In this document: positions 24,891-39,400 of the stretch, one piece after another
Layout of the letters: each line of letters starts with the position of its first letter
Numbering within the stretch: position 1 is the stretch's first letter
Assembly (NCBI RefSeq): GCF_009914755.1
Contig: NC_060928.1
Length of the DNA stretch: 64,000 nt
DNA from: the human T2T-CHM13v2.0 reference genome, Homo sapiens
Strand: one strand, 5' to 3'
Program-made: the position numbers and the translations under genes
Notes under the pieces: generated by a model
Databases searched by the model: none
Told to the model about the DNA's origin: nothing
Seen by the model: only the letters and a program-made list of their open reading frames with translations

Positions 24891-27371
24891 TATATCAAAT
24901 AAGTGGCACTGACCCTTGAATCTCACATCAATCTCTAAATCAGAATGTGTTACTTCTGATGATGACACAATCATCCTTTCTGTCTTTCAAGTTCCATTTT
25001 CGTGCAAATTTTGCTTTATGTTTTCCTAACTTCTAGGTCAAACCGTAGAAGTGTCTGGAGCAGAAGACATAGGGAATGCAAGGGCGTTCTTGCCTTCTGC
25101 AGTCTTCCAGTTAAGAATCACATGGCTGACCCTGAAATAGAATTCCCCACCTTAAAGCCCATTTTGATGGCTCAATGGAAACCTATGGCCAAACAAACCA
25201 AAAGTGATCAAGATATGGACCCAAGTGCCGTAAGAGCACTCAAAGTTTATTTTACTATGTTCAGAAGTGCTCAGGGCTTGTTTTACCGTATTCACTAGGC
25301 TTTATTGGGAATCAGTAATGGGAAAGTATGCCTTATAGTGCCCTGCAGAAGAACTTGGTCTAGTAGTTCCACTGAAGGAAGACTGAACAGTTCACCTGAG
25401 GCATTCACAAATGAGCACAATGCAATAATGTGAGAACCAACAGCAACCTTTGGGACTTCTAAATGATCTTGGCAATAATTATAGCTGTGGGTCTTGAATC
25501 AGCAATAATACTTCTACATTTGTCAAAGTAAGGGGAACAAAAACTGTATACATGTTCTACTTGTATCAAAGGCAGATATTTTTCTTTTATTAATGCAGCT
25601 TTTCTTTCATGTCAACAACCTAGACATCTCTGCTTTAAGGCAGGCTGCCATGTAAGCCTGTCACAGCTATTAATTAGCTATGGGTTAAAAAGCTAAGCAT
25701 AGTCTATGACTGTGAATTTAGGATCACTCTGTGGTAGAACATGCAGCAATATTTTAGTCAGTTGGGCTATGTTTACTTTATGTAAGAATGCAAGAAGAAA
25801 TAAGCCATACACAATAAATTTATTTCTCACACACAAATGAATCAATATATTTGCCTTTGAAACCACGCTAATTATTCACACAGTTTGGCAAGTATTCAAA
25901 ATACTGCAGCAGTGGAAACTAATGCAATAAAAATAATTTTCACACATTTTTCATTTTCTGTGAGAGTTGTTCTTCCAATTCCCTTTCTAAGTGTTTATAG
26001 TTCATAGAAACTGTGTAATATCTAACAAATTGTATTTAGAGAACTATATTTTCTATTCCTTCGTATTACATCATGGGCAAATAATAATCCAAGAATGTGT
26101 TGTTGAAAAGTAAAGGAGGCAACTAGAGTTTGTTTGCAAGTTTCCAATTTGCAAAAGAGAAATTTCAGGCTATGGCTCAGCTTTAGAAAGGAAAAGAAGT
26201 CAGGCCCAGACTGAGGGGACAAACTCATATAGGGAGGGGCTAATGATTGGAGTAGTGGATTGCTTGGCCTAAGTTTGAATCTTAGGGACAGTTTAAAGAG
26301 CAGACATAATTAAAGCAAGCCACCAACTGGTAGAAATATGCTCCTTGGCTAAGTCTACATTTACCCATTTACATTTGACTACCAGTGAGTGTGGGAAGAA
26401 AATGGAGGAGGCAAAGCTCAGGGTAAATCATGTCACAAACACTGGTAGAGACATCCAGTTCCATTCACTCAATTAGTTGAGGAAATAAGAGCCATCTCTT
26501 TTCTTTTTATGCATGAGCAAAGAAAACAGTCACTTTACCCTGTTTTTATGTGAATAGCAATCATAGATATTTAAGTCTGTCCTAGAACAAGCAAACAAAC
26601 AAACAAAAAGGCAAATCTTCATTATTTCACTCTGTTAAACTGTTTTTCCTAAGGTGTGCCTTTCATAACGATGGGTGTCCAAAAGTTATGCAGTCATAGC
26701 CAACAGAATATACTCTGCAGAACTAAGAAAGAGTAGCATTCAAAAGTTTCACTTAATTTTGAATATGTCCAAGTTTTTAAAAACCACTTATTAAATAAAA
26801 TATATTATATCTTCCTACCTAGAAAAGCATCCTTTAACACCACCCAAAAAACCAGATTGGAATTTTGAATTCTCAGATGTCTTGTTGCATGATGGAAGGC
26901 AACAGGCTCAGGATCTATGTCCTGGACTGTGAAGCTTGTGGAAAGTTATTTTCTAAATCTGCTCCAATTTTCCAACACGATTCCCAGAATGTACAGATCA
27001 AAACTTAACAGATTATGCTCTACTTCGGAAAGAAAAGAGGTATATACATATTTTGGAAAGATATCTATCCAAAATAGTTTCAGCACTCCAAAGAGTAATT
27101 TTTATTTGTCTGAAAATGCACTTAGAAGAATAAGTTCATTCCTGAGTAACCAAATAAATGTGAATTAACTGGACTTAACAAGAGTTGGGCTAATCACAAA
27201 CATACATTAGACATTTCTTGGCTTTTACATGTTATCTCATTGCCACATGAAAATATTAGTTTTGTTTTGTGGCACCCACAGTCAAAGCTTGACGAGGCTG
27301 ACTAAAGGGCTTTTTTTTTACAAGTAGCTTTCTTTATAGAAAATGCAAAACTCATGTTTTTTGTAGTTTAA

Positions 27372-27700
<329 letters not shown>

Positions 27701-29129
27701 TAATTCATTTCTTCTTTAATTCACTCTTTCATCACCTATTATTTACCAGGAACTCCTTCAGGTATGAGATTTACACATATGAAAAAGATAAATTTTTGCC
27801 TTCAAAGGACTTATGATATTATTTGACCTACCCAGGATTAAATATTTACATTCGATAATATTCAAATGCTATAAAAATGTCTAAACACTTTCTCAAGAAA
27901 AACCGAATTACAGTAGTTTGCAGAGATTTTATAACAGCAAGGCACAATTTGAAGAGTTCAGCTTTATATATGGGAAAGCAACATTCTCAAGCAGGCCAAC
28001 AGCTTCAATTGGGTTAATACTATTAGGAATTATTAAGCCTGCCTTCCTCCTATGAGTAACTAATTCGTATTGAGCGCTCACTTTAAGCAATTCTAATTTT
28101 CATGTTTATTATATTATTTATTTCCTCATTAGAACTACATAGGATCAGAAGCCTCCATCCTTTCTCACAGGAGAGTATCATTTGAGACTAGCAGCTTTGG
28201 AAGTCTCACAGCTTTTTAAATTTTAATTCCTGGCTAGAAAAAAAAAGTTTAATTCTATGTTCTGTACAGTGTGTAACTCCATGTCTTTGCTCAATAAATG
28301 TTAAATACCAATAATAACTATGGTGGTAATCAGAATTTCTTTTCATATAAACTAGTTCGTCTCAACCTTGTTTTTACCCTGTGTCTCCTAGTAATTGTCT
28401 GGCATTTTCCCTGCTGTTCTTGTCTTTTTTAATTACATCCTACTGACATGACTCTTAAAGCATCTTGAAGCAAATGGAAGAAAGGCTTAATGGTTTCTAC
28501 ACAAAAGGAGCAGCAGGACACAGATGCCTAGCAGTCAGAACAATAAACTCAAAAGAAATGGGCAAGATCTTGCTTTGCTTTCATTCCTCATAAATGGAAA
28601 AGAGGATGACGGGGGAGAGTGAGAGTACAAGGGAGGAAGGAAGAGGAATTTGCTTGCATAGGTTTACTGATGAGGGCAAACACAATTTTCTTTGTTTTTG
28701 TTTTATTGGGAAGAGTTGGTACGTTATATAATTCACAGACACAGCATAAGACATTTGCTTAGGATTGGGTAAGGAAGAAGAAGATGTGCATATCAATGTC
28801 ATTTGTTGACAGATATTGAGCATCTATCTCACAGGAAACACACTTGTGGCCCAGTGGAGAAATATAAATTTCACCCCGTCTCCATCCTTAGAGTTGCAGA
28901 TTGGAAAATAAATCATTTTCAGAGACCCATGGCTGGTTGTCGGGGCTTTCTCCATAGCACCCTGGATTTCAAACGTCAGGTAGACTTAAGAATACTGAAG
29001 TAATGCCAACTGTTAAAGCACCATTGAGACCATCTTAACCTAATGGTTAGTAGCACTAGCTTTGGGACAGTATAGCCTACCATATGCACTACTTAGGTTA
29101 CAATAGAGTTGCTATAACTATATATGAAA

Positions 29130-29330
29130 GCAAGGAACATATATTGACAGCCTATTATGTGCACTTTTGCTTGTGCTGCTTCATATGATCAGGTGGCCAA
29201 CTCTGCAAGGAAGCATTCCCTTCATCATTTTCCAGTTGCAGAAACCATCTAACAGACAAGTAACATTCCTAAAGCCATAAGTAGCCAAGCCAGGAGTTCT
29301 ACCTGGGTCTATCTGACTCCATATTCAGTG
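29130..29330 (-). mobile_element. MIR relic
   Basis: aacatatattgacagcctattatgtg...aagtaacattcctaaagcca...acctgggtctatctgactcca. Confidence 0.55.
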
Positions 29331-30434
29331 TCCCTCTTGTTAACAAGTGCTAGTGAATGATTTGAGAAGAAAAGGAAACAAAGTTAAAAACTTGATTTCA
29401 TATTATTCTGGCCTTGATAGGAATGAGATTTACAATTTGTGCTCCTGAAGAGGTTGTGTGTGGTAGGGATGAGAGGGAATGGTGGGCCTCGGTAAGAAGT
29501 AGGAAATTTATGTTTAATGACTGCAAATGTTATCTTCTCCTTCTCTAACCATATTACAATTTCTGTAGAGTATCACAAAGGTGGTGGAGTCAACAAGAAT
29601 GAACAGAGAAGTACAAAATTATCAACACTTAGTGATCCAAAGAACAGCACAGGACCGGTTTTCAGTAGATGAAGAGCAGTCTCTGTAGAACAACACTTCC
29701 ATATGCAGTGGGCAAGCCATTTACCCTCATCCTGGCCTGAAGAATATCTACATATCTGCTCTTTTTTTGTTGTTTAATTTTGCTGGTTATTGATTAGGAG
29801 ACACAGCCATCTTCATCCACTGGAAATTTACACTTTTACTTCCCCTATTATCACAGTCTGAAATGCCTTTTTTTAAACATTGTTCTTGGTGAAATTATGG
29901 TTATTCTTCAAGTTGATCCTTCCTTGGTCTTCAGTCTGCCAGCAAAATTAATAATTCCATTACGCATTTTATTTCTTCTCCATTAGAAATAGATTCTTTA
30001 TTAGATAATCTAACAAAGGTTGTAAAAACTATTTCCTCCACAACATTTTGAGCAATTCAAGATGTTTAAATCATATTTACATACCATGCTTTGGGCATTC
30101 TGCCTACCTAGTACATAGCTGATATTCAAAATATAAATTCTAAAAAGTGAATAAAATTTCCATTGTCGTTAACTCTGGTTAAATAGTCATGGAGGACCAT
30201 TTAGTAACAAAGGGCATGCATTGGTCTAGCTGGAATGAATACACTTTTATTTTACTGTATTTTATTATATTTCATTGGTTACTTCCTTGAGGATTGATGT
30301 TTAAATTTAAACTGGTTTCATTCCCCCAAAGGTCAAACATTGGGCAAAGATTATTTAGAACCTTCTAAGCTATAGAAAGAAATCCCTGAAAAAACTTATA
30401 TAATCTTCCAAAGTCAGTACATAATGCTAAGCCC

Positions 30435-31000
30435 ATTCATACATTCTTTAAACCAATATTTATTAAGTTTCTGCATTATACCTAAGGAACCTATCACTGC
30501 ACAGTTGCAGTCCCTGCCTTCAGAAAGTTTATAATTCAGTGGGAAACATGGACATATTAAAACTTACAACAATAGTTAATAAATTACAAATGTAAAAATG
30601 TAATTGTGATAAGTTCTATAGGAAATACATAGGTTGCCATCTAAGTATATAAAGGAGGAACTCATCTTCTTTGGTGAAAGGGGATCTTAACAAATAACAT
30701 GAGGTAAAATCATGGAAATAAATTTAGAAATTACTGCAGTAGTCTATGAAAAGATAATGTTAACTTGGGCTACAGCTATGACAGTGCAGATGCCAGGGTG
30801 GTGTGTACATTAGAAACATATTTCAAACTCAGAATCTGTAAGACTTTGTGATTAGATAGGGAAGAATGATGAAAGAAAAAGATAGCAAGGCTGCCTCTCG
30901 GTGAATAATGATAGCATTTACTAAGATAAAAAATAGTGATAGGGCACAGTATATGGAGGTGGAGTGTGCAAGGATGAGAAATTCAGTTTTGGACATTATA
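30435..31000 (-). mobile_element. L2 fragment
   Basis: cattcatacattc...aatatttattaag...agtccctgccttcagaaagtttataattcagtggg...aattcagttttggacat. Confidence 0.65.
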
Positions 31001-31244
31001 TTAGGACCTTCTAGCCATGGAGAGAAAGAGTGTTTATATGAGTCATATAAATGGAATTAAAATGAAGTAAATAGAATTTTTGTCAGCCTTCGAATAAACT
31101 TTTAAAACAATAGTCTCCACTATTCTTGAGAAGACTGTGTAAAATGCAGTGGACTAACGCCATGCAAGGCTTTCCCAAAATTTTGAACACCTGATGCATT
31201 TTGATAGGTTTCTATATTTTGAATTCCACCTCCCTAAGTTAAAA

Positions 31245-31598
31245 TTTTAAGAACAAGTCTTTCCCAGGCTCTTTTATAGGTAGAGTACAGACATGTGCCT
31301 TAAATTCCATCAATCAGATGAATCTCCTGAGACTTTGATTTAGAACTGAGCTCCTGAGAGCAGGAAGCCAGGCATCAATTTTTGTTGTGTGCTGGAATTG
31401 TTTTGAAGTCAATGGTGGCAGCAGCAACCAAATCAGGCCAGTTCAGAAATGAGGTTCTATTATTGCTCCTAAACACTTACAGCCTGTTTCTCCAGTTCTC
31501 CTGGTGATTCTGAGAACCGTGTAATGTTCCCTAGTAACTTCCAATCTGTTTAAAGAAGAAAGAATTATTGCCTTCAACTAAAACAATTCAGTCTGATT
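31245..31598 (+). mobile_element. Old ERVL/MaLR-type LTR relic
   Basis: ccatcaatcagatg...gagactttgatttagaactgag...cctggtgattctgag and LTR-like 3' end; subfamily uncertain. Confidence 0.35.
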
Positions 31599-31914
31599 AA
31601 TATATAGAGTGATAATTAATACTCTATTTAATATATATATATAAACATGTATACTCCAAAACATAAAAATACCACACAGAGATGCTTTTAAGAAAATAAT
31701 AATTTTAACTTGATAATTAGGTTCATAGAATTTAAAGGAATACCACCAAAAAAAGGAATACCATGTCAAAAATTGCAGGAAATAAATACAGAAGTTAATC
31801 CTAATAAGTCTATTTATAGTTCATGTCTAGGAGACAGGAAAGAAAAATGGAAAGATCTATGTATGTAATTCTAAGTTAACAGATGGAAAATTATTACATA
31901 ACACAAACACTCAC

Positions 31915-32056
31915 ACTAGGCTTTCAAATTTTCAATTTATATCGAATCCAGGAAATGGCTGCTGTAGCAAAGCCAACATGTAAAATGTGTGAATGGAATT
32001 TGATATGTTGCAATTGATATGCATAAATTAACACATTTTCCAATAGGTGTACTTAC
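31915..32056 (-). other. Candidate RS-exon (142 nt, non-coding/poison)
   Basis: Starts at GTAAGT directly after the acceptor AG; ends at donor CCTAGT|GTGAGT (31915/31914); TAA stops in all three frames. Confidence 0.55.
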
Positions 32057-32096
32057 CTAAAAACAAGAAATTGGTCTTGCCCAAACTATGATTAAG
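32051..32096 (-). other. Candidate recursive splice site (3' splice site fused to 5' splice site)
   Basis: Minus strand reads CTTAATCATAGTTTGGGCAAGACCAATTTCTTGTTTTTAG|GTAAGT; junction 32057/32056; surrounding sequence not recognisably repeat-derived. Confidence 0.7.
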
Positions 32097-33089
32097 AACA
32101 AAAAACATAAGCTTTTTAAAAATCTAAATGTTCTTATTCCATCTAATTCTCCCCAGCTACACATAATGCTCAGCCAGCCACCTGAAGTCTGCTCAAAGAT
32201 GACACGCCAGTCTAACAAAATCTGAGGAATTTTCACCAAACCAGCAAATTGGGTTGGAAATAATATTTTGCTGTCTTAAAACCAGATGCAGATTGTCTTA
32301 AGAAGAACTAATATTTATTTATTGCCATCTACTTGTTCAACCTTGCATTAGGCAATTTCTTTACAGTATCTTGAAGGGGTGAGGTTTAGAAAAAATTGCC
32401 ATCACACGACTAATAAAAGGAAAAAATTTGAGATTCGAACAACTGGCTTCAAAGACATACTGTTTCTATTGTATCACACCATCTCTGTCAAGATGTGAAA
32501 GTGTCTCTCCTGCTAGCTAATATGCTTCTGACCTGGTCTTGCCCACCAAGACTGCCCTCTTCCTCTGAATATTGAGTAAGAAGAGCCTATTTCCATGGTT
32601 CATTTTTCCATCTGTGGTTTGCCCCTCATGCTTTAGTCCTGCCAGGGCTGAGCCTGTTTTCAGCCTTTGATGATTGCTCTCAGAATGATCTCCTGAATCA
32701 ATCTGGGTTCTCTACCTCACACCCCAAGTATGTCCTTTCTGTATTTTTTGTGTGTGTTTCCTATCTGCTCTATTCAATCTAGATCCCCCTTAGGCACTGC
32801 CATAGACATCAAGTTAGATTTTTCACTTTGTCTTGAATCTATTTAAATTTGGGAGGGCAAGGGAGAGTTTTCGATTTGACCTTGATGTTTTCCATTTACC
32901 TTCAACAATTTCCTTTCACTTGGACCAATGCTTCTAGAATGCCAACGCTATGGGGCTAGAACTCCCCTAAACTCTATTCTAGAATAGCAAGTATTAAACA
33001 ATTTTGTGACTGTATGTATTTATACATGTTTACATGTATTGTAACTAATATAATAATGTCTACTAAATGAAGGATCCCCAATGTGATTA

Positions 33090-33320
33090 TAGCATCATCA
33101 AATGACATTTATATTACTTTACCTATTACAAAGCACTTTCACATTTATTGTCCATTGTTCATTGTTAGGTAGTGGATATGTGTATTATCCTGTTATTACA
33201 GAAAAGCAAAGATCCAAAGTATTAAATGACTTACCTAATGGTACAGAGTTAATAGCAGAGTTAGTAGATGGATCTGGGTCTCAAACTTGAGCTTCTTGAT
33301 CCCAAACTTTATCTTTCCGG
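33090..33320 (-). mobile_element. MIR SINE
   Basis: ttacaaagcactttcacatttatt...attatcctgttattacaga...ttaaatgacttacctaatggtacagag. Confidence 0.7.
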
Positions 33321-33844
33321 AAAGTAACCAGCACTTATGACAAGTATATCTGCCAGTGAAATTCACACAAATGTATTAGTGAAATATTCAGTTCCTAAAA
33401 ATTCAGTTTTAATGACTCTTACAAAATAGATATAAAGAACAGAAAAATATTTCAGCATAGGTAAAAAGTTATTAATTCTGCTCTGAAGTGCAAGTCAACA
33501 ATATCAGCGTTTTTGAAAAGCTCTAAATGTATCTTGACAGTTGTGAGGCTGGTTTTTCCACATGTGCAATTACATGGGATTGAAGCTGAATTATTGACAG
33601 ACATAGGGGACTAGAAATATTTACATCAATATGTACAGGTCTAACACATCTATCTCACTGACATGAAATAATTTATTCATTTATTTCTTCAACAATAGAA
33701 CCCAAATTTCCAAATTAATCCCTGAAGAAGTTTATAGTAAAGAGTGTAACTAATAGGGTAGGGCTGTAATAGAACTGAATGTGAGGTTATGAAATTAGCT
33801 ATTAATAGAGTTCAGAGAAAGAAAGAGATTGCAGTGATCTGGAG

Positions 33845-34072
33845 TAGGAACCAACAAACTATAACTGATGCATCAAATCTGGCCTACCATATGTTTTTGT
33901 ATATAAAATGTTTTTTGGAACCCAGCCACACTCATCATCCACTTACTTATTTTCTATGAATGCTTTTGTGCTAGAAGGACAGAGTTGAAGAGTTGCAACA
34001 AAGACTTGTTTTGGCCCACAAATTCTAATCTTTACTCTCTGATCCTGTCGAGATTAAGTTTGCTGACTATTG
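33845..34072 (+). mobile_element. MER58A hAT-Charlie MITE, inside an L2 relic
   Basis: caaactata...caaatctggcc...tgtttttgta...ttggaacccagccacactcat...cagagttgaagagttgcaacaaagac...aagtttgctgac. Confidence 0.8.
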
Positions 34073-34801
34073 CTGTGTAGTAATTGCAGAAGATTTTATG
34101 GAGGTAGAAGAGTCACGCTTAGGTTATTGAGAAGGCTGTAGAAAGGGTTGAAATGAGGCAATTCAGGCAGAGAACTAGAAAGGGCAGAGGCACATTAGTA
34201 GGCTGTGACTCAGGATGATCAAAAGATAGTAAAAAGTATTTATCAGCTCAAGTGGAGGACTGATAATGGGAACTGAGGGCATGTACATTTGTACAGGTGG
34301 AAGGATACCATTTGGAGGCCTTTTATGCCAAGCTAATTAATATCACTTTTTCTTGAAGGAGTTCATTGACAAACCACTAAAGGTGTAACCCAATTAAATT
34401 CCAGTGTTCTTGTAGCCCAGTTCTGAATTGAGTATATTCAAAGAAAATAGTCCAGAAACAAATTTTTTTAATTTCAATTAAAGGAAATCAATTTTTTAGT
34501 ATTTTTCTAAGAGGATCAAAGGGGATCCCATTTGTAATAAAACCAACCCTTCAAAATTCCCCTTTTCATTTTTCACCTATTTTCTTACTTTCCTTACTTT
34601 CTCCCTATCCCTAACTTTTCACCTTCTATTTCTCCACGCCAACCCATGCAACACTTGATATTATCTTCCCCGCAATTCCCTGATTTCCTTGCCCTGGGCT
34701 TCATCTCTCCTCCTTTTTTCTGTTCACCCTCCTTCATTAATATATCATCTCTGCTTTATACAATCTTGCAGGCCCTAGAAAAGATTAGACTCTCTCTATA
34801 G

Positions 34802-35640
<839 letters not shown>

Positions 35641-36219
35641 AGAGAGTGAAGAAAGAGGAGAAATTAAACAAGCAAAGGCAAAAATGTTTTTAATAGGTAT
35701 GGGAAATCGGGGAAGGCTAGGAACTCTCACATGGGAATAATTTTTTAACCACTAACATTTCTAAGTAGAAGAATAAAATGATGACAATGGGGCTTTATTT
35801 TGTATGCTGACAGCAGCATAAAAAATATACTGGGAAAAGTAGATGTAAATAAACAAGGCAAAAAAGCTTTTGCAATATTCAATACATGAGGTAAAACTAC
35901 ATTGGTTGCATTAAGTTTGGGGGAAAAACAGATATTACTTCAATTTATTAAGTATTTTGTTTAATTAGCTGACATCCTTAAATCAGGAGTAGATTATGAT
36001 TAAGCAAATGTTTCCAAAGACTATTGAATATTTTGTTTCACAAAATAGTTGATTCCTTTAACTCTTCTATACACACAGAGAGAGAATACACAACTAGAGA
36101 AACTAACAAGGTTATTAGAAATCTAGTGCACTGAAATTATTCAAAAGGAGATTGTTAAAAAATTATTTCAAAATATAGGCATTTTGAACAATGGTTTGTT
36201 TGCATATCATGAAATAAAT

Positions 36220-36420
36220 ATTAGAGTTGGAGTTGAAGTTCCCACTCTCATTTGTTAACTATGTAATCTTAGGTAAATTCCTCTAAAAATCAGTGTTTTC
36301 CATTTTCAAAATGAGAACAATACTAATGATATTTATCTCTATAGCCTACAGGGCTATAGAGAGAATAACTACTTCATAAATGTAAAAGCACTAATCATGG
36401 TATTGGATACATTATAGTTA
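36220..36420 (+). mobile_element. MIR SINE
   Basis: actatgtaatcttaggtaaatt...tcagtgttttccattttcaaaatgagaacaata...aatgtaaaagcact. Confidence 0.6.
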
Positions 36421-36916
36421 CTCAATATGGGTTGATTGTATTTGGAAAATAAGAGTGTATTAGATCCATGGCTTGAGATGCTATCATTTAAAGTTATCTT
36501 CAAATGAAAGGTCTCCCATGTTCTCCTTTTCTTCTTGGATAAATCATGTGTTTGTTGTCCGAGAAAGAAAGTTATAATTTGGCTACCCATAAAATTTCCT
36601 TGATCCTGAGACAATACTAAGGCTATAACCTGTAAACATTCAGAGTATTAGAAAGCTGAATATCTAAATAGGGTACTTTGAAAGAATTTTGATTACATTG
36701 TATACTCCCATATTATTGCCTTGGTACAAAATAATTATACTCTTTGAACACAAGGTTTCCATGTACCAACCCAGCATTTCTGAAGCTGTATAGTCTCTGT
36801 GAAGACAGAGCTTAAAGTTACAAAATGTGGTTTCACATAGTTCTATGGATAACAAAAGTCAGGGTTAAAATAAGGCATTCAAGTACCATGCAAAAGCTGG
36901 CGATGCAGCACAGAAC

Positions 36917-36934
36917 GGGGCGGGAGGGGGCGGC
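36917..36934. promoter_or_regulatory. Tandem GC boxes (Sp/KLF-like)
   Basis: GGGGCGGGAGGGGGCGGC with retained CpGs in otherwise AT-rich unique DNA. Confidence 0.35.
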
Positions 36935-37857
36935 TTAAACTCTACAAAATGTACTTAAAGATGTGCTCAGTTTTATCTGAAAAATAAAAAATAGTAGCTT
37001 TTACACTTGTTTTCTTGGAAAGGAAATCAGGTGATCTTCTGCCAAGATGTAAAGAGAATATGCACAATCAGCCTTCAAGACTCTTTCCAGAGGATATGTA
37101 TTTTGACAAATTAATCCTTTTTGAAAATACATGTGCATTCTGCACTGAGAGAAACGGTTGGCCATTGTTCCCTTGATTGGCCTGAAACCTTTTTCGTGTC
37201 AACTTTGTTTCACATTGGTTTCTCTGCACATTTCCTCATTTTGGCTACATCTTTATACCTTCCAGATTTTATAGGTCATCAGCAGCTTCCTGCTGTCCAT
37301 TACTTCAATTGAGAAAGACAGAACCATATAATTAAAAATTTAAGCCAAGGTGAAAAAATGTATGGTTGGTCTTAGTCTTCTCTGCGTATTAGCCTCCTCG
37401 AACTCAGGTACTTTCCTGAGTTTGCTGAGAGGCCCATAGGCCACAGCTGGTCACTCATGTGACTCCAAAAAAAAAAAAACACGTCAAATCCTGTTCTTTA
37501 ATTTTACCTATTGTCATGCCCCTCTGTTCACGGAGGTAGATTTTCTTTAAAGATTATTCTTTACTAAGACCTCATGACCACAGGTTTGTTACCACTTTTC
37601 TGCATTCTCCTTTCCAGCTCGCATTTCAAGAGAATAAGAAAATCCTCATGTTCTTTTTGTAGCCCACACACTGACATGAAAACAACACTATTTTCTTCTG
37701 CTCCAAAAAGTTTGCATAATTGCAAGAGCTGTGTGTGGGAGCTGTGTAACCATGCTGCCATAGGATGAAAGGCAAAGGCAATTTTTGTAATTCTGCTACC
37801 ATTTAGAAGCACAGTATTGTAAATTTGCTGTAAAGGGATCTCGAAAAATATCTAAGA

Positions 37858-38058
37858 CAGATGTTGCAAATTCAAATGCATTTTGAGTCCAGGTAGGTAA
37901 AATTATTATGTAATGTTGTTATACATAAGACAACAGCATAAAGGGGCCTCTGGTGAATTTACTGCAGTCATTGAAATTAATTAAACACTGTGCTATCCAA
38001 AGAAAACCTGTAAATGAACCGCATTCTGGCCATTGCACATGCCAGCTTTGTGACCCAT
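37858..38058. mobile_element. MER102/MER103-like hAT-Charlie relic
   Basis: cagatgttgcaaattcaaatgc...ccaggtaggtaa and aaacactgtgctatccaaagaaaac...ccagctttgtgacc ends. Confidence 0.5.
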
Positions 38059-38849
38059 AACTGGTCAAACTGATCTCCTCCTATTCATGTAACCCTTGGT
38101 GAAGAATATACCCTCTCTATCGTGTCTTAGAAAGCAAAGTACTGATATTACATTAATGCTAAGAAAGTTCTATGTCGCACCCAATATCCAAGCCAAGGAA
38201 AGGGCCTGCAGGGTTTTTTTTGTTTGTTTTTTTCTGAAACATTTCTCTAGATGTCATCATTTCCATTTTCAAGACACAATTACAGCAAAGATTTTAATCA
38301 CCTTGGATTTTAGTCTACCACTAAAACTTTCTAACTGCATCTCTACCTTCAAAACTTTATGCTGCACATAACCACAGAAACCATTTTCTTAAATGTAGTG
38401 TGATAATACTGTTTCCTGGACTAAAAGCCTACAGCTGACTTCAGTCATTCCTTATGCTCCTTCTAAATTCTTAATCATGAAGAAAGTTCTTTTTGGCACA
38501 TCCATTTTCAGTTATGCTTCTTCTTCTCTACTCACATTTGGATCTGTCTCTTGTGTTATACAAGCTTCCTTAATACCCAGACACAAGTCCAGTTTCTGAA
38601 TTTGGGCCCATTTGTACTTACTCTCTTCTCTCAGGAATGTCTTTCCTATTCCTTTTTCATAAAACTATGCCCCTTGCTCCTTCAGCACATCACTCAAAAC
38701 TCAAGATCTCAACAAAAAAACTGCAGGCAAACTACAAAGACTTTGATCACATAAGCCATTCAAGCATCATCTCAGCACTCCTGGACATATAGAGTTTTAT
38801 CTATCATAGTTATACACTTAATTACACCAATTATACCATCAGAAGTATG

Positions 38850-39400
38850 AAATGGTGGCTAAATATGAATAATTGAAGTCAGACTGGGTTCATATTTTCA
38901 CTTCTTACTAGCTATGTGGCCTTGGGCTAATTATTTAACTCTATTTTTAAATTTTTGTCACTTGTAAAATAAAAAGGTATCGTGAGATTCATTCATTCAT
39001 TCATTCATTCAGTAAATATTTATCAAGTATCTGCTCCATGCCTGGAACTGTTATCATTGTTAATAATACAACAGTAAAAAATAGGAGAGAAAAATATCTA
39101 ACCTCATGGAGCTTTTGGTTTGTAGGAAAAATATGACACATTAACACAAAGATTCTCACATAGTAAGCACTAAATAAATGTTAGCTACTAACAATATTAT
39201 TAAGTTAAAATTGTATGGTAACTTGAGGAAATTAGTGAATGTTTCATGGAGAAAATGTAATATGCTTTTAGTGCTACCTCTGCAAGAATTTTGTGAGCAT
39301 TGAACCAGATGTTACATTTAAAGGACTTAGCATAGTGCCTGGACCATAACTAACAATTAGTAAATGGCCATTGCTGGTGTAGCTATTGCTGTTGTTATAA
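38850..39400. mobile_element. MIR and L2 cluster, with (ATTC)n L2 tail at about 38987-39010
   Basis: ttactagctatgtggccttgggc (MIR); attcattcattc...gtaaatatttatcaagtatctgctccatgcc (antisense L2 end). Confidence 0.65.

Noticed and set aside
25021-25298. Plus-strand acceptor ttttcctaacttctag|g within a 98-aa ORF
   Set aside because: No strong donor downstream and the peptide is unrecognisable.
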